Origin: a virus
Lineage: Duplodnaviria > Caudoviricetes
IMG/VR virus record: IMGVR_UViG_3300010376_000018
Location: 1 to 43,550 of that record
Length of the DNA stretch: 43,550 nucleotides
Direction: 5' to 3' (one strand)
Below, one piece after another: positions 1 through 8,574 of this stretch. The notes under the pieces were generated by a model. It made no database searches and was not told the origin of the DNA. It saw only the letters and a program-made list of their open reading frames with translations. Position 1 is the stretch's first letter. Each line of letters opens with the position of its first letter. The position numbers and the translations under genes were made by a program.

Positions 1-64
1 GCTCTATCTGCTTTGCCAACCCGACACTAAGGCGCAAGGCGGCGGCGCCCGCGTCATCGCCGCC
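1..64. repeat. Terminal direct repeat, left copy (circular assembly overlap)
   Basis: 1-64 is identical to 43487-43550; an ORF reads continuously across the junction. Confidence 0.95.
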
Positions 65-141
65 TGCGGCACGCCGCCGGCAACGCTCGCTGTCGGTTCG
101 CTGCAAATCGTGTTCCAGAATATCCATGGTCAGGTGTGCCA

Positions 142-759
142 ATGAAAAAACTTCTGTATGCGCTGATTTGTTTGCTGGCCGGCACCGCAGGCGCGCACGC
201 GCAAGCGCAGGCCCAAGTCGTTGCCGTCTGCGGCTCGCCGCCGCCGCCCTATGCCACGGTTGGCGCGCTGTTGCCGCTGACCATGGATGTGACCGGCAAG
301 CTGTGCAACATCACCGGCACGCCCGGCCAGATTCCCGGCACCGCGACCAACGACAACGCCGCCGCCGGCAACGTCGGCGAGTTTATTTTTTCGACGGTGG
401 CCGGCGGCTCTGCCGTGCCGCTGACCACGGCGACCGGTGCCAACATGACCAGCGTGAGCCTGACGGCGGGCGATTGGGATTGTCAGGCCAACGTGGTGCG
501 GAGCTTCGGCGCAACCACGTCGATCACGACGGCGTCATCCGGCATTTCGACCACGTCGGCAACGCTCGGCTCGGCCGCCAACGCCACCACGCAATACGTC
601 ACGGCGGCGTTCGTGCCGAATGCGCAGATGTCCTGGCTGACGCCCATCGTGCGCGAAAGCTTGGCCGCGCCAACAACGATCTTTGCCGTGGCGCTCGACA
701 ACTTCACAGTGTCGACCGATAGCGTGTTTGGTACGCTGCGCTGCCGGAGGGTGCGTTAA
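142..759 (+). CDS. Signal-peptide-bearing virion fibre/decoration-type protein
   Basis: ATG 142 overlaps the TGA of the junction ORF (ATGA); N-terminus MKKLLYALICLLAGTAGAHA|Q is a Sec signal; C-terminal GTATNDNAAAGNVGE..SLTAGDWD..RRVR domain resembles phage fibre tip domains; 4 mature Cys. Confidence 0.7.
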   Translation: MKKLLYALICLLAGTAGAHAQAQAQVVAVCGSPPPPYATVGALLPLTMDVTGKLCNITGTPGQIPGTATNDNAAAGNVGEFIFSTVAGGSAVPLTTATGANMTSVSLTAGDWDCQANVVRSFGATTSITTASSGISTTSATLGSAANATTQYVTAAFVPNAQMSWLTPIVRESLAAPTTIFAVALDNFTVSTDSVFGTLRCRRVR

Positions 760-1085
760 TCCTTGTCAGAGCGCCTTGTCGTCGGCCGTTGCGGCGCCGA
801 AAGTTCGTCGGGCAACGGTTCCCGGCCCTGCACTTGCCTGATAATTTCTTTTACAGACATTGGCGGTATGCAGTCGGCCACAATGGCTTCTGCATCCCCC
901 AAAATTGATTCCAGCGCCGTCCAAACATTTCGCGCGGTATCGTGGTCAATTTCGCCGACTTTTTCGAGTTTTTCGACTTGGATTTGCGCCTCGCTGCATT
1001 TGACAAAGACGCTTCGCATGTCGCTGATAATGCGCAATCGTGCCCGCACAATCCGGTTCGGTCGCCGGTTTTCCTTCTTGGTCAT
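756..1085 (-). CDS. Hypothetical protein
   Basis: 109 aa, last gene of a coupled leftward operon. Confidence 0.65.
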   Translation of the reverse strand: MTKKENRRPNRIVRARLRIISDMRSVFVKCSEAQIQVEKLEKVGEIDHDTARNVWTALESILGDAEAIVADCIPPMSVKEIIRQVQGREPLPDELSAPQRPTTRRSDKD

Positions 1086-1330
1086 TGTTTGAGCCTGTCG
1101 CTGACCTTCACGTCGGTCTGTGGCCCGATCATGTCTTTGAAGCCTTCGGCAATGGCGGCCTCCGTTTCGGCCGCCGTTATCAGAATGTCGCAGTCAATGC
1201 CGATCTCGGCGCCGATGACCTTGATGAAGCCGTTGAGGCCATCGGCGCGGAGCTTATCCAGATTGCGGTGACTGAGGCCCAGCACCACGACATTGCGACC
1301 GTCTTTGCCCTTGGCGGTTATTTTTACCAT
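1082..1330 (-). CDS. Hypothetical protein
   Basis: 82 aa, 4-nt overlap with next gene. Confidence 0.7.
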   Translation of the reverse strand: MVKITAKGKDGRNVVVLGLSHRNLDKLRADGLNGFIKVIGAEIGIDCDILITAAETEAAIAEGFKDMIGPQTDVKVSDRLKQ

Positions 1331-1551
1331 GCAGCGCCACCTTCACTTTCCTTCGGGATGCGTTCGGCGATGACGACATGATCCATCGCGGAAAATCGCG
1401 AGACGTTGAAGCGGGCGCGGCATTTCGGATTCGCGCACTCGATATTTTGCGCCGCGCCGCCGCGCGGGCCAAGGCGAAAACCCTTCTCTGTGCAATCCGG
1501 GCAACGGCCTTGATTGAGCATGGCGATTGCCAGCCGATCAAGCCACGTCAT
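1324..1551 (-). CDS. Small Zn-ribbon protein
   Basis: MTWLDRL start coupled to upstream stop; CPDC...CANPKC. Confidence 0.7.
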   Translation of the reverse strand: MTWLDRLAIAMLNQGRCPDCTEKGFRLGPRGGAAQNIECANPKCRARFNVSRFSAMDHVVIAERIPKESEGGAAW

Positions 1552-1937
1552 TGTCCGGCACCCCATTCGCACAAATCGACAATCAGCGTCCGCAGCGAGT
1601 GGTCGCTGATGGCCGCGAACGCGACGCAGAGCCTGACACCCATCTTGGTCGATAGCAGATCGCCCCACGGATCGGGTTGCGCCTTGCGCGATCCGACATC
1701 CGGGCCGCCTTCAAAGAAGGCCGCGACCGGCATATGCAGCGCGTTGGCAATTTTTTGCAGCTTGCTGGCGCTGACCCGGTTCATGCCCTTTTCGTATTTC
1801 TGCAATTGCTGAAACGACACATCCAACGCTTTGCCAAGATCGGTTTGGCTCAGGCCGGCGATCATGCGAAACTTGCGGATCGCAGCGCCGACGTAAACGT
1901 CAGTCGGGTCCGGTTTGTCTTTCTTTTTCGTAGGCAT
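1548..1937 (-). CDS. XRE-family HTH regulator, PraR/PhrR-like alphaproteobacterial type
   Basis: DVYVGAAIRKFR..LSQTDLGKALDVSFQQLQKYEKGMNRVSASKL..FFEG signature; GGGAGA RBS. Confidence 0.9.
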   Translation of the reverse strand: MPTKKKDKPDPTDVYVGAAIRKFRMIAGLSQTDLGKALDVSFQQLQKYEKGMNRVSASKLQKIANALHMPVAAFFEGGPDVGSRKAQPDPWGDLLSTKMGVRLCVAFAAISDHSLRTLIVDLCEWGAGQ

Positions 1938-1958
1938 CGGTTCTCTCCCTCTGGGTTT

Positions 1959-2198
1959 TTAAAGCCACGTTTCAACAATCACAGGGTCATCGCTCGGATG
2001 TCGTGTCAGACACGTCAAGCCTTTGACCGCCATCAACTCGCGTAACGCTGTCAAATCAGGTGAGATAATCACGTCGCTTGTTGCCGCCGCGCCGGCAGCG
2101 GTCACGCTGAATTTGCGCGCGACAAAGCTTTTTGGGAAGTCGCGCGGGTGATCGTACACCGTCCACATGTAGAGTGGCTCAGTCATTTTTTTTGACAT
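1959..2198 (-). CDS. Conserved phage hypothetical protein
   Basis: WTVYDHPRDFP..FVARKF..RHPSDDPVIVETWL. Confidence 0.75.
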   Translation of the reverse strand: MSKKMTEPLYMWTVYDHPRDFPKSFVARKFSVTAAGAAATSDVIISPDLTALRELMAVKGLTCLTRHPSDDPVIVETWL

Positions 2199-2391
2199 CG
2201 ACGTGGGGAAACGGCGGATCGAGATTGTGCCGCAGCATGGTCGCCATGTCCTCCATGGTGATGTCGCCGCCGCCCATCACCACGGCGAAATGCACGCCGG
2301 GGTGCGCGGTATCGAAGTTGCGCAGATGCTGTAACCACTTCTGCACAAGATCGTCCGGCACGTGGCCCAAGCAAATTATCGTTGTGGTCAT
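2179..2391 (-). CDS. Hypothetical protein
   Basis: 70 aa, coupled to upstream gene. Confidence 0.65.
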   Translation of the reverse strand: MTTTIICLGHVPDDLVQKWLQHLRNFDTAHPGVHFAVVMGGGDITMEDMATMLRHNLDPPFPHVDVKKND

Positions 2392-2645
2392 GCCCGCCCC
2401 GACATTTTCGGCTGGCCCTCGAACCGGGCAAGCTGTTCCTTCAACAGCGTCACCACTTCGGCACGGTTGGCATTGCTGATGTAGTTGCAGCGGCCGGGCC
2501 CGTCACCGAAATCGAACATCATCAAACAGAAGCCGGTTTCTTTGTTTGTTTGGTCCGGGTTCAAGATTTCGTCCAGCGTCTGCGCCAGTCTCTGCATTTG
2601 CTCGCGGTATTTATCTTCAATCGGTGCATCGCCGAGTCCGGGCAT
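2388..2645 (-). CDS. Conserved phage hypothetical protein
   Basis: ATG with GAGG RBS; GFCLMMFDFG..CNYISNANR..EQLARFEG. Confidence 0.75.
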   Translation of the reverse strand: MPGLGDAPIEDKYREQMQRLAQTLDEILNPDQTNKETGFCLMMFDFGDGPGRCNYISNANRAEVVTLLKEQLARFEGQPKMSGRA

Positions 2646-2910
2646 TGTGACCTCGCATGGTTGTTGTTTGGTGCGGCCGGCGCCGGGCCGGTACAAGCGA
2701 TCTCTGACAGGCCCGGCCCGACGCACGACCCGCCGGCACCATAGATGCGCTTACGGACGGATGCCGGCGTCCAGCGCCGACATGGCGCCCGGTCGCAAGG
2801 GGGATTCAGGGATGCGGGGCGTTCGGTGCTTTCCCCGCAAAGACCCCGCGCCGGGTCAGTCGGACGCCTGGATTGCAGTGCGCCCAACTGACCACTCCCG
2901 CACCACGTGC

Positions 2911-2925
2911 GCAAGGGCCGCTTGA
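2911..2925. promoter_or_regulatory. Repressor operator (TCAAG-N5-CTTGA family)
   Basis: GCAAGGGCCGCTTGA in the divergent intergenic region. Confidence 0.6.
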
Positions 2926-2996
2926 TAAAAATCTGCCGCAATGTCTGGCACATAACACAGATCGGCGCTCGCGCCGGCCGTCCCCACCATCTGTAG

Positions 2997-3012
2997 TGTT
3001 TCACGTGAAACA
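2997..3012. promoter_or_regulatory. parS: parS centromere site
   Basis: Exact canonical palindrome TGTTTCACGTGAAACA, intergenic. Confidence 0.9.
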
Positions 3013-3053
3013 TGCCCACTACCCATAGTGTCTCGCCGTGATAAATTCGGCGC

Positions 3054-5204
3054 ATGGCCGAAGATCGCGACGACCGCGACGACGATGAGGGGCTTGAGCC
3101 GCCGCCGCAGACGGAGGAGCGCGACCGCGAACTGTCGGGCGATGAGGACATCGAAAAAGAATGCCTCAAGCTGTATGCCGACATCGAAAAGGGATTTTCA
3201 GATCAGTGGGACCGTGGCAACGCCCAAATGGATTATTGGGACATCTATAATTGTTTGCTCGGTCCCAAGCAATTTTACAGCGGCAACTCGAAAATCTTCC
3301 TGCCCATCGTTCACGACGCGATCAACGCGCGCAAGACGCGCTTTGTGAATCAGATATTTCCGCAGTCCGGCAAGCACATCGACGTGACGGCTTCCGAGGA
3401 CAAGCCGACCGCATTGATGTCGCTGCTTGAGTTTTACATCCGCAAGGCGCGGCTGCGCACCAATGCGATCCCGTCGCTGGTGCGCAACGGCGATGTCGAG
3501 GGCCAATACAACCTTTATATCCGCTGGGCCCGCAATCAGCGCCACGTCGCGATGCGGGTCAAGAAGCGGCACAAGGTTGATGATGTCGAAATCGACGGCG
3601 AGGAATACGATGACATCGTTGAGCAAACAATCGTGCATCAGTATCCGGTTGTCGAGGTCATCGCCGATGCCGACGTGCTGGTGCTGCCGCAAACCGCCAA
3701 CTCGATTGAGGAAGCCATCGACCAGGGCGGCAGCGTCACCATCGTCCGGCGCTGGTCAAAGACAAAAATCCGCCAATTGATCCGTGACGGTGAAATCGAC
3801 AAGGAGGCCGGACAAGAATTGTTGCGCACGATGAACCACAAGCAAAAACATCAGGTGCCCAACAAATCCAGCAATCTGACCCACGCCGCCGGCATCCAGA
3901 TCAGCGAAGGCAAGGCGATGGCGCTGGCCTATGAGACATGGACCACGCTGAAAGTCGAGGGCGAGCGCCGCATCTGCCGCGCCTTCTTTGGTGGCGAACC
4001 GCCGCTGCTTGGCTGCAAGCTTAATCCGTATTGGTGCGACAAAATCCCGTTGCTGTCCTCGCCGGTCGAAAAGGTGCAGGGCGCATTCAAGGGCATGTCC
4101 AAGCTCAAGTTTGTCGAAACGATCCAGTACGCCGCCAACGATGCGGTCAACGAGGGCATGGACTCGGCGGCTTATGCCTTGCTGCCGATCATCATGACCG
4201 ATCCTGAAAAAAACCCGCGCGTCGGTTCGATGGTGCTCAACGTCGCCGCTGTGTGGCAAACCTCGCCTAAAGACACGCAGTTCGCGCAATTCCCGCAACT
4301 GTGGAAAGAGGCGTTCGCCATCGTCGGATCGTGCAAGGATCAAATCTTTCAGACCATGGGCATCAACCCGGCGATGATGCCGCAACAGGCGACGGCGCCC
4401 GGCAAGAAACCGAACCAAGCGCAGATCGCCAACGAACAACAAGTCGACATTCTGACGACCGCCGACGCGGTGACCTCGCTTGAGGGCGAAATCCTCACGC
4501 CGATGCTGCAATGGTTCGTTTGGATGGACCATCAATTCCGCGACGATGACCTGTTGATCCCATCGTTCGGCGAGCTTGGCGTGCAGATTGCCATGGACCG
4601 CATTGAGCCGGTGCAGATGGATCGCCGCTTTGAGTTTCGCTGGTTCGGCGTCGAACAGGCGCGCAATCAGCAGCAAATGCAGATGCAGATGGCGGGCCTC
4701 AACATGCTCAAGGGCATCCCGCCGCAGATGTTTCCCGGCTATCGCATTCAGCTTGCGCCGGTCATCGCCAACTTTGTCGAAAACGTTTTTGGCCCGCGCC
4801 TCGCGCCGCGTGTGTTTGAGGACATCCGCAAGCAACTGACGCTTGAGGCCGACTTTGAGAACAAGATTCTCGCCGCCGGAATGCCGATGGAGGTTCATCC
4901 GCTGGACAACGATGCGGAGCATTTGCAGGCCCACATGCAAGAGTTTCAGCAGAACGGCGATCTCACCGGCTTCCTGCGCGAACACATGATGCGCCACCAA
5001 ATGCAGATGCAGCAAAAACAGCAGGCGCAGATGGCGGCGCAACAGGGCGCGATGCAGCAGCCGCCGCAGCCGCAAGGTGCCGGGGGGCCGGGACCGCGCC
5101 AAGGCGCGGCAACGCAGGCGCCACGTGGTAATCAGCTTCCGCCCGGCGCGGTGCCGCGCGATCAAATGGCGCTGGGCCCGCCACGCGTGCGAGGCGCGGC
5201 ATGA
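3054..5204 (+). CDS. Portal protein (podovirus type)
   Basis: 716 aa between TerL and scaffold/capsid; helical, Q/M/P-rich C-terminal tail. Confidence 0.85.
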   Translation: MAEDRDDRDDDEGLEPPPQTEERDRELSGDEDIEKECLKLYADIEKGFSDQWDRGNAQMDYWDIYNCLLGPKQFYSGNSKIFLPIVHDAINARKTRFVNQIFPQSGKHIDVTASEDKPTALMSLLEFYIRKARLRTNAIPSLVRNGDVEGQYNLYIRWARNQRHVAMRVKKRHKVDDVEIDGEEYDDIVEQTIVHQYPVVEVIADADVLVLPQTANSIEEAIDQGGSVTIVRRWSKTKIRQLIRDGEIDKEAGQELLRTMNHKQKHQVPNKSSNLTHAAGIQISEGKAMALAYETWTTLKVEGERRICRAFFGGEPPLLGCKLNPYWCDKIPLLSSPVEKVQGAFKGMSKLKFVETIQYAANDAVNEGMDSAAYALLPIIMTDPEKNPRVGSMVLNVAAVWQTSPKDTQFAQFPQLWKEAFAIVGSCKDQIFQTMGINPAMMPQQATAPGKKPNQAQIANEQQVDILTTADAVTSLEGEILTPMLQWFVWMDHQFRDDDLLIPSFGELGVQIAMDRIEPVQMDRRFEFRWFGVEQARNQQQMQMQMAGLNMLKGIPPQMFPGYRIQLAPVIANFVENVFGPRLAPRVFEDIRKQLTLEADFENKILAAGMPMEVHPLDNDAEHLQAHMQEFQQNGDLTGFLREHMMRHQMQMQQKQQAQMAAQQGAMQQPPQPQGAGGPGPRQGAATQAPRGNQLPPGAVPRDQMALGPPRVRGAA

Positions 5205-5671
5205 ACATCAATTTTCAGACGTGCCTGGAATATCTCATGTCGGACGGTTACACGCCGCCAGCGTGGGGCATCTGCCAAGCCGAATACGACGCATGGCGGC
5301 ACTTGTTTGGTTTGGCGCCGGCCGATGTCGGCGCCATGCCGCGCACCGAACTCATTGCCATCTATCGGCAACAGTATTGGGTTCCTGAGTGCGAAATACT
5401 GCCGACCGGCACCGACTATTTGGTGTTCGATCTCAAGGCCAAGGTGGGCCCGTATCTGGCGACCATGTGTGTGCAGGACGCGCTTGGCATCGACCGCGAT
5501 GGGCATTTTGGCATCATCACCATGGACAAACTGCGCTCCGCCGACGTGAAAAAACTCAACGACACGCTGTTGATCGCCAAGACCGATGTGCTGGGCGCCA
5601 GCGCGCCGAAAAATCTGCAACCAAAATCGGTGCATGATCGTGTGCTTGGAATGCTTGGGGTGCCGGCATGA
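5201..5671 (+). CDS. GH108-family lysozyme homolog, catalytic motif degenerate
   Basis: IYRQQYW..CEILPTGTDYLVFD..VQDALGIDRDGHFGIITM matches GH108; EGGY..DPGG motif replaced by SDGYTPPAWGI. Confidence 0.75.
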   Translation: MNINFQTCLEYLMSDGYTPPAWGICQAEYDAWRHLFGLAPADVGAMPRTELIAIYRQQYWVPECEILPTGTDYLVFDLKAKVGPYLATMCVQDALGIDRDGHFGIITMDKLRSADVKKLNDTLLIAKTDVLGASAPKNLQPKSVHDRVLGMLGVPA

Positions 5672-5982
5672 ATGGCGAACCAACAACATCGTGGCAGGAT
5701 ACGCAAAAGCTTCTGGCGTTCATTGTCGTTGTCGGTTTTCTCGGCGTGGTGTTCCTTTGGTTTTTTGATCCGCCGAAGGGCGATAACGCCGAACTGGCGG
5801 TGCTCAATACTTTGACGGGCGCGCTCGGCGGCTTCACCGGCATGATCGTGACCTACTATTTTGGGTCCTCGCGCTCGGCGGCCAACAAGGATGAAACCCT
5901 CAAGCAGATTGCGCTGGCTGCGCCACAAGCCGCAGCGGCACCGTCCGCGCCATCCGATCACCCGACGCCTCCCGCCGCATAG
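5668..5982 (+). CDS. Holin-like two-TM protein
   Basis: Two hydrophobic helices then YYFGSS motif; next to lysozyme homolog. Confidence 0.7.
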   Translation: MNGEPTTSWQDTQKLLAFIVVVGFLGVVFLWFFDPPKGDNAELAVLNTLTGALGGFTGMIVTYYFGSSRSAANKDETLKQIALAAPQAAAAPSAPSDHPTPPAA

Positions 5983-5991
5983 GAGTCCGAC

Positions 5992-6348
5992 ATGTTAGAG
6001 AACGAACGCACCGAAGCGGTCGCGCTCGCTGGCGCGCTACAAATCAAGGTCGATGATATTTTCGCCGAGAACGCGGAGCTTCGCGCCGAAACCGAGTCGT
6101 TGCGCGTCACCGCCGCGTTGCTGGTCGAGGAAACCACGACGCTGCGCAAGTCGTTGGAACAGGCGATCCGCCAGCGCGACGCCGCCCTGCGCCGCGCCGA
6201 TGAAGCGGAGGAAGCGGTGCGCAAGATCGCCGCGACCGCCAACGCGGTGCTGCGGCCGATCCAGCCGCCCAAGGATCGCTTGAGTGGCAAGCCGGCGCCG
6301 CCTGTGCTGCCGCACCCTACCATCCATAGTGTTGCGACCCCCCATTGA
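5992..6348 (+). CDS. Coiled-coil hypothetical protein
   Basis: AGGAG RBS; heptad-rich 118 aa. Confidence 0.75.
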   Translation: MLENERTEAVALAGALQIKVDDIFAENAELRAETESLRVTAALLVEETTTLRKSLEQAIRQRDAALRRADEAEEAVRKIAATANAVLRPIQPPKDRLSGKPAPPVLPHPTIHSVATPH

Positions 6349-6384
6349 CACAAGATGTTGTATGGCCGTACAAGCGTTGCTTGA
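6345..6384 (+). promoter_or_regulatory. Putative sigma70 promoter with overlapping operator for head genes
   Basis: TTGACA at 6345; ACAAGCGTTGCTTGA at 6370-6384. Confidence 0.55.
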
Positions 6385-6385
6385 G

Positions 6386-6436
6386 TTCGATTGGCGGGCG
6401 TAACCCGCCGCCTTCGATTGATGGGCGTTACCCATC
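6386..6436 (+). repeat. Tandem covarying hairpins in scaffold leader
   Basis: TTCGATT-GGCGGG-CGTAA-CCCGCC and TTCGATT-GATGGG-CGTTA-CCCATC, 27-nt period. Confidence 0.75.
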
Positions 6437-6448
6437 CATGGGGCACGC

Positions 6449-7204
6449 ATGGCCGACGATCCTGACGACGAGCTTGAACTTGAAGTCGATACGCCCGCCG
6501 AACCTGATTTGGAGGACGAGGGTTTAGACACCAACGAACAAGGTGACCAACCCCAAGACCAGCCCGAACAGGAAGCGCGCGGCGATCAACCGCAAGATCA
6601 AGAACGCCAACAGGATCAACCCGAACGACGGGCGCCCACGCGCGGTGAAAATCGCTTTCAGGCACTGCGGAACGACAATCAGCGACTCGACCGTGAGTTA
6701 GCCGATACCCGCCGCCGCCTGGACGAAATCACCCGCAGCATGGCCCGGCCAACCGGCGAGACGCCGGAAGCGCGTGCGCAGCGTCACGCCTTGATGACGC
6801 CGCAAGATGTTCTGCTTGAGTTGCAGCGCGAGTCTGAGGGTCGCATGACCCAGCAGATTCAACTGTTGCAGTTTCAGAACCTCGACACGGCGGACAGAAC
6901 GGCGTTCCAAGCAAAAGCCGCTGTTGATCCGCTTTACGCAAAGTGGGGTCCGAAGGTCGAAGGCAAGCTGGCCGAACTTCGCGCAAAAGGCCAAAGCGTT
7001 GAACGCGAAGTGATCCTGAAATTCCTCATTGGCGAGGCCGCCCTTGAGCGACGCGGGACCAAAGAAGGCCGGCGGGACGTGGCACAGGCAGCGCAGCGCG
7101 TGCGCGGCCAGCGGGTCCGTCCATCGAACTCAGGCTCCGATACGACGGCAGATCGTCGGCAGCAAAGCAGCGTGGAACGTCGGCTCGAAAACGTCCAAAT
7201 TTGA
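6449..7204 (+). CDS. Capsid scaffolding protein
   Basis: Acidic QDQP-rich N-terminus, coiled coil, directly upstream of major capsid. Confidence 0.8.
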   Translation: MADDPDDELELEVDTPAEPDLEDEGLDTNEQGDQPQDQPEQEARGDQPQDQERQQDQPERRAPTRGENRFQALRNDNQRLDRELADTRRRLDEITRSMARPTGETPEARAQRHALMTPQDVLLELQRESEGRMTQQIQLLQFQNLDTADRTAFQAKAAVDPLYAKWGPKVEGKLAELRAKGQSVEREVILKFLIGEAALERRGTKEGRRDVAQAAQRVRGQRVRPSNSGSDTTADRRQQSSVERRLENVQI

Positions 7205-7216
7205 CGGAGCGACGCC

Positions 7217-8560
7217 ATGCCCACGAACGTCTCGACCAGCTTTTCGGCTGACATCGAATCCTATATCGCCGACAAGACCCTGCCGCTGACGCGCAAGCAG
7301 CTTGTCGTTTATCAGTTCGGCGACCCGCTGACCTTGCCGAAAGGGCGCGGCGTCACCTACACCGCCACCCGCTACAACCGTGTGCCGCTGCCCTATGCGC
7401 CGCTGTCCGAAGGCGTGCCGCCGGTTGGCGAGTTGATGACCATCCAGCAGGTCACGGCAACCGCGTTGCAGTGGGGTGACAAGATCACCATCACCGACGT
7501 TGCCGAACTCACCATCAAGCATCCGCTGTTCAAGAAAGCGATTGAGTTGATGGGGTTGCAAGTCGCGGAAACGCTTGAACGCAATACCTTCAACAACCTG
7601 ATGGGTTTCACGCAGGTCAACTACGTGAACTCGCGCGGTTCGCGCGGCGCGCTGGTGGCCGGCGACGTGATGAATACCCATGAACTCAATCGCAGCTATG
7701 CGATGCTGCAAAATATCGGCTCGCCCCGCTACATGGGCGATGAACTGACCGACACCAAGCTTGATGCCAATGCCGGCGGCCAGCGCGCGTCCTCAAACCC
7801 GCGTGCGATGCCGCACTATGTGGCGGTGCTGCACCCGTTCCCGGTCGCCGATCTTCGCGAAAATCAGGCGATCCAATATGCGTGGTCGCAGTCCGACATC
7901 AATCGCCTGTACAACTTTGAACTCGGCGAGTGGTCCGGCATCCGATTCACGTGGTCGAACATGTGTCCGACGTGGACCGGCATCGCGGCGCCGACTGCAA
8001 CATCGTCGGGCACTGGCGGCTCGCTGCCGACTGGCACCTATCAGGTCATCGTCACCGCGTCGGACACGCAGAACCAATACGAGGCGCTGGTGTCGCAGAC
8101 GCAGACCGGCTTGTCGGTCACCAGCCCGGCCAACATTTTGCTGACGACGCCATCGACGCAAGGCTACACCTACAATGTCTATATCGGCAACGGTCAGTCG
8201 CCGGTCAATCTTGGCGTGACCACTGCCGGCCCGACTTCGGGACCGTTGCAGGGCCAAGCCGTGCAGATTCCGCCCAACACCGCCATCACCATCAGCGGCA
8301 TTGGCGCGTTCCAGATTCCGCCGGCCGCGCCGGCAACCGGCGTGACCGTCTATCCGACGTTCATCTTTGGTCGCGGCTCTTACGGCCAAGTGATGCTCGA
8401 TGACGTGAAGTTCACCTATCTGAAAGACGCCGACAAATCCGATCCCCTGAATCAGTTGCGCGTGGTGGGCTGGAAAGCCTTTTACGGCACGCTGATTCAG
8501 AATGTGCAATTTGCCATGCGGATCGAAAGCACATCGGCGTTCAACGCCACCTTTGGGTAA
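7217..8560 (+). CDS. Major capsid protein, N4-gp56 family, with inserted beta-rich domain
   Basis: QFG..LPKGRG..LSEGVPP..QWG..ITD and DPLNQ..VGWKA motifs; T/G/P-rich insertion near 7980-8340. Confidence 0.9.
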   Translation: MPTNVSTSFSADIESYIADKTLPLTRKQLVVYQFGDPLTLPKGRGVTYTATRYNRVPLPYAPLSEGVPPVGELMTIQQVTATALQWGDKITITDVAELTIKHPLFKKAIELMGLQVAETLERNTFNNLMGFTQVNYVNSRGSRGALVAGDVMNTHELNRSYAMLQNIGSPRYMGDELTDTKLDANAGGQRASSNPRAMPHYVAVLHPFPVADLRENQAIQYAWSQSDINRLYNFELGEWSGIRFTWSNMCPTWTGIAAPTATSSGTGGSLPTGTYQVIVTASDTQNQYEALVSQTQTGLSVTSPANILLTTPSTQGYTYNVYIGNGQSPVNLGVTTAGPTSGPLQGQAVQIPPNTAITISGIGAFQIPPAAPATGVTVYPTFIFGRGSYGQVMLDDVKFTYLKDADKSDPLNQLRVVGWKAFYGTLIQNVQFAMRIESTSAFNATFG

Positions 8561-8574
8561 TAGGAGGCACAGCG

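Noticed and set aside
5992-6348. Spanin call for the coiled-coil gene after the holin
   Set aside because: No N-terminal TM helix and no nested lipoprotein
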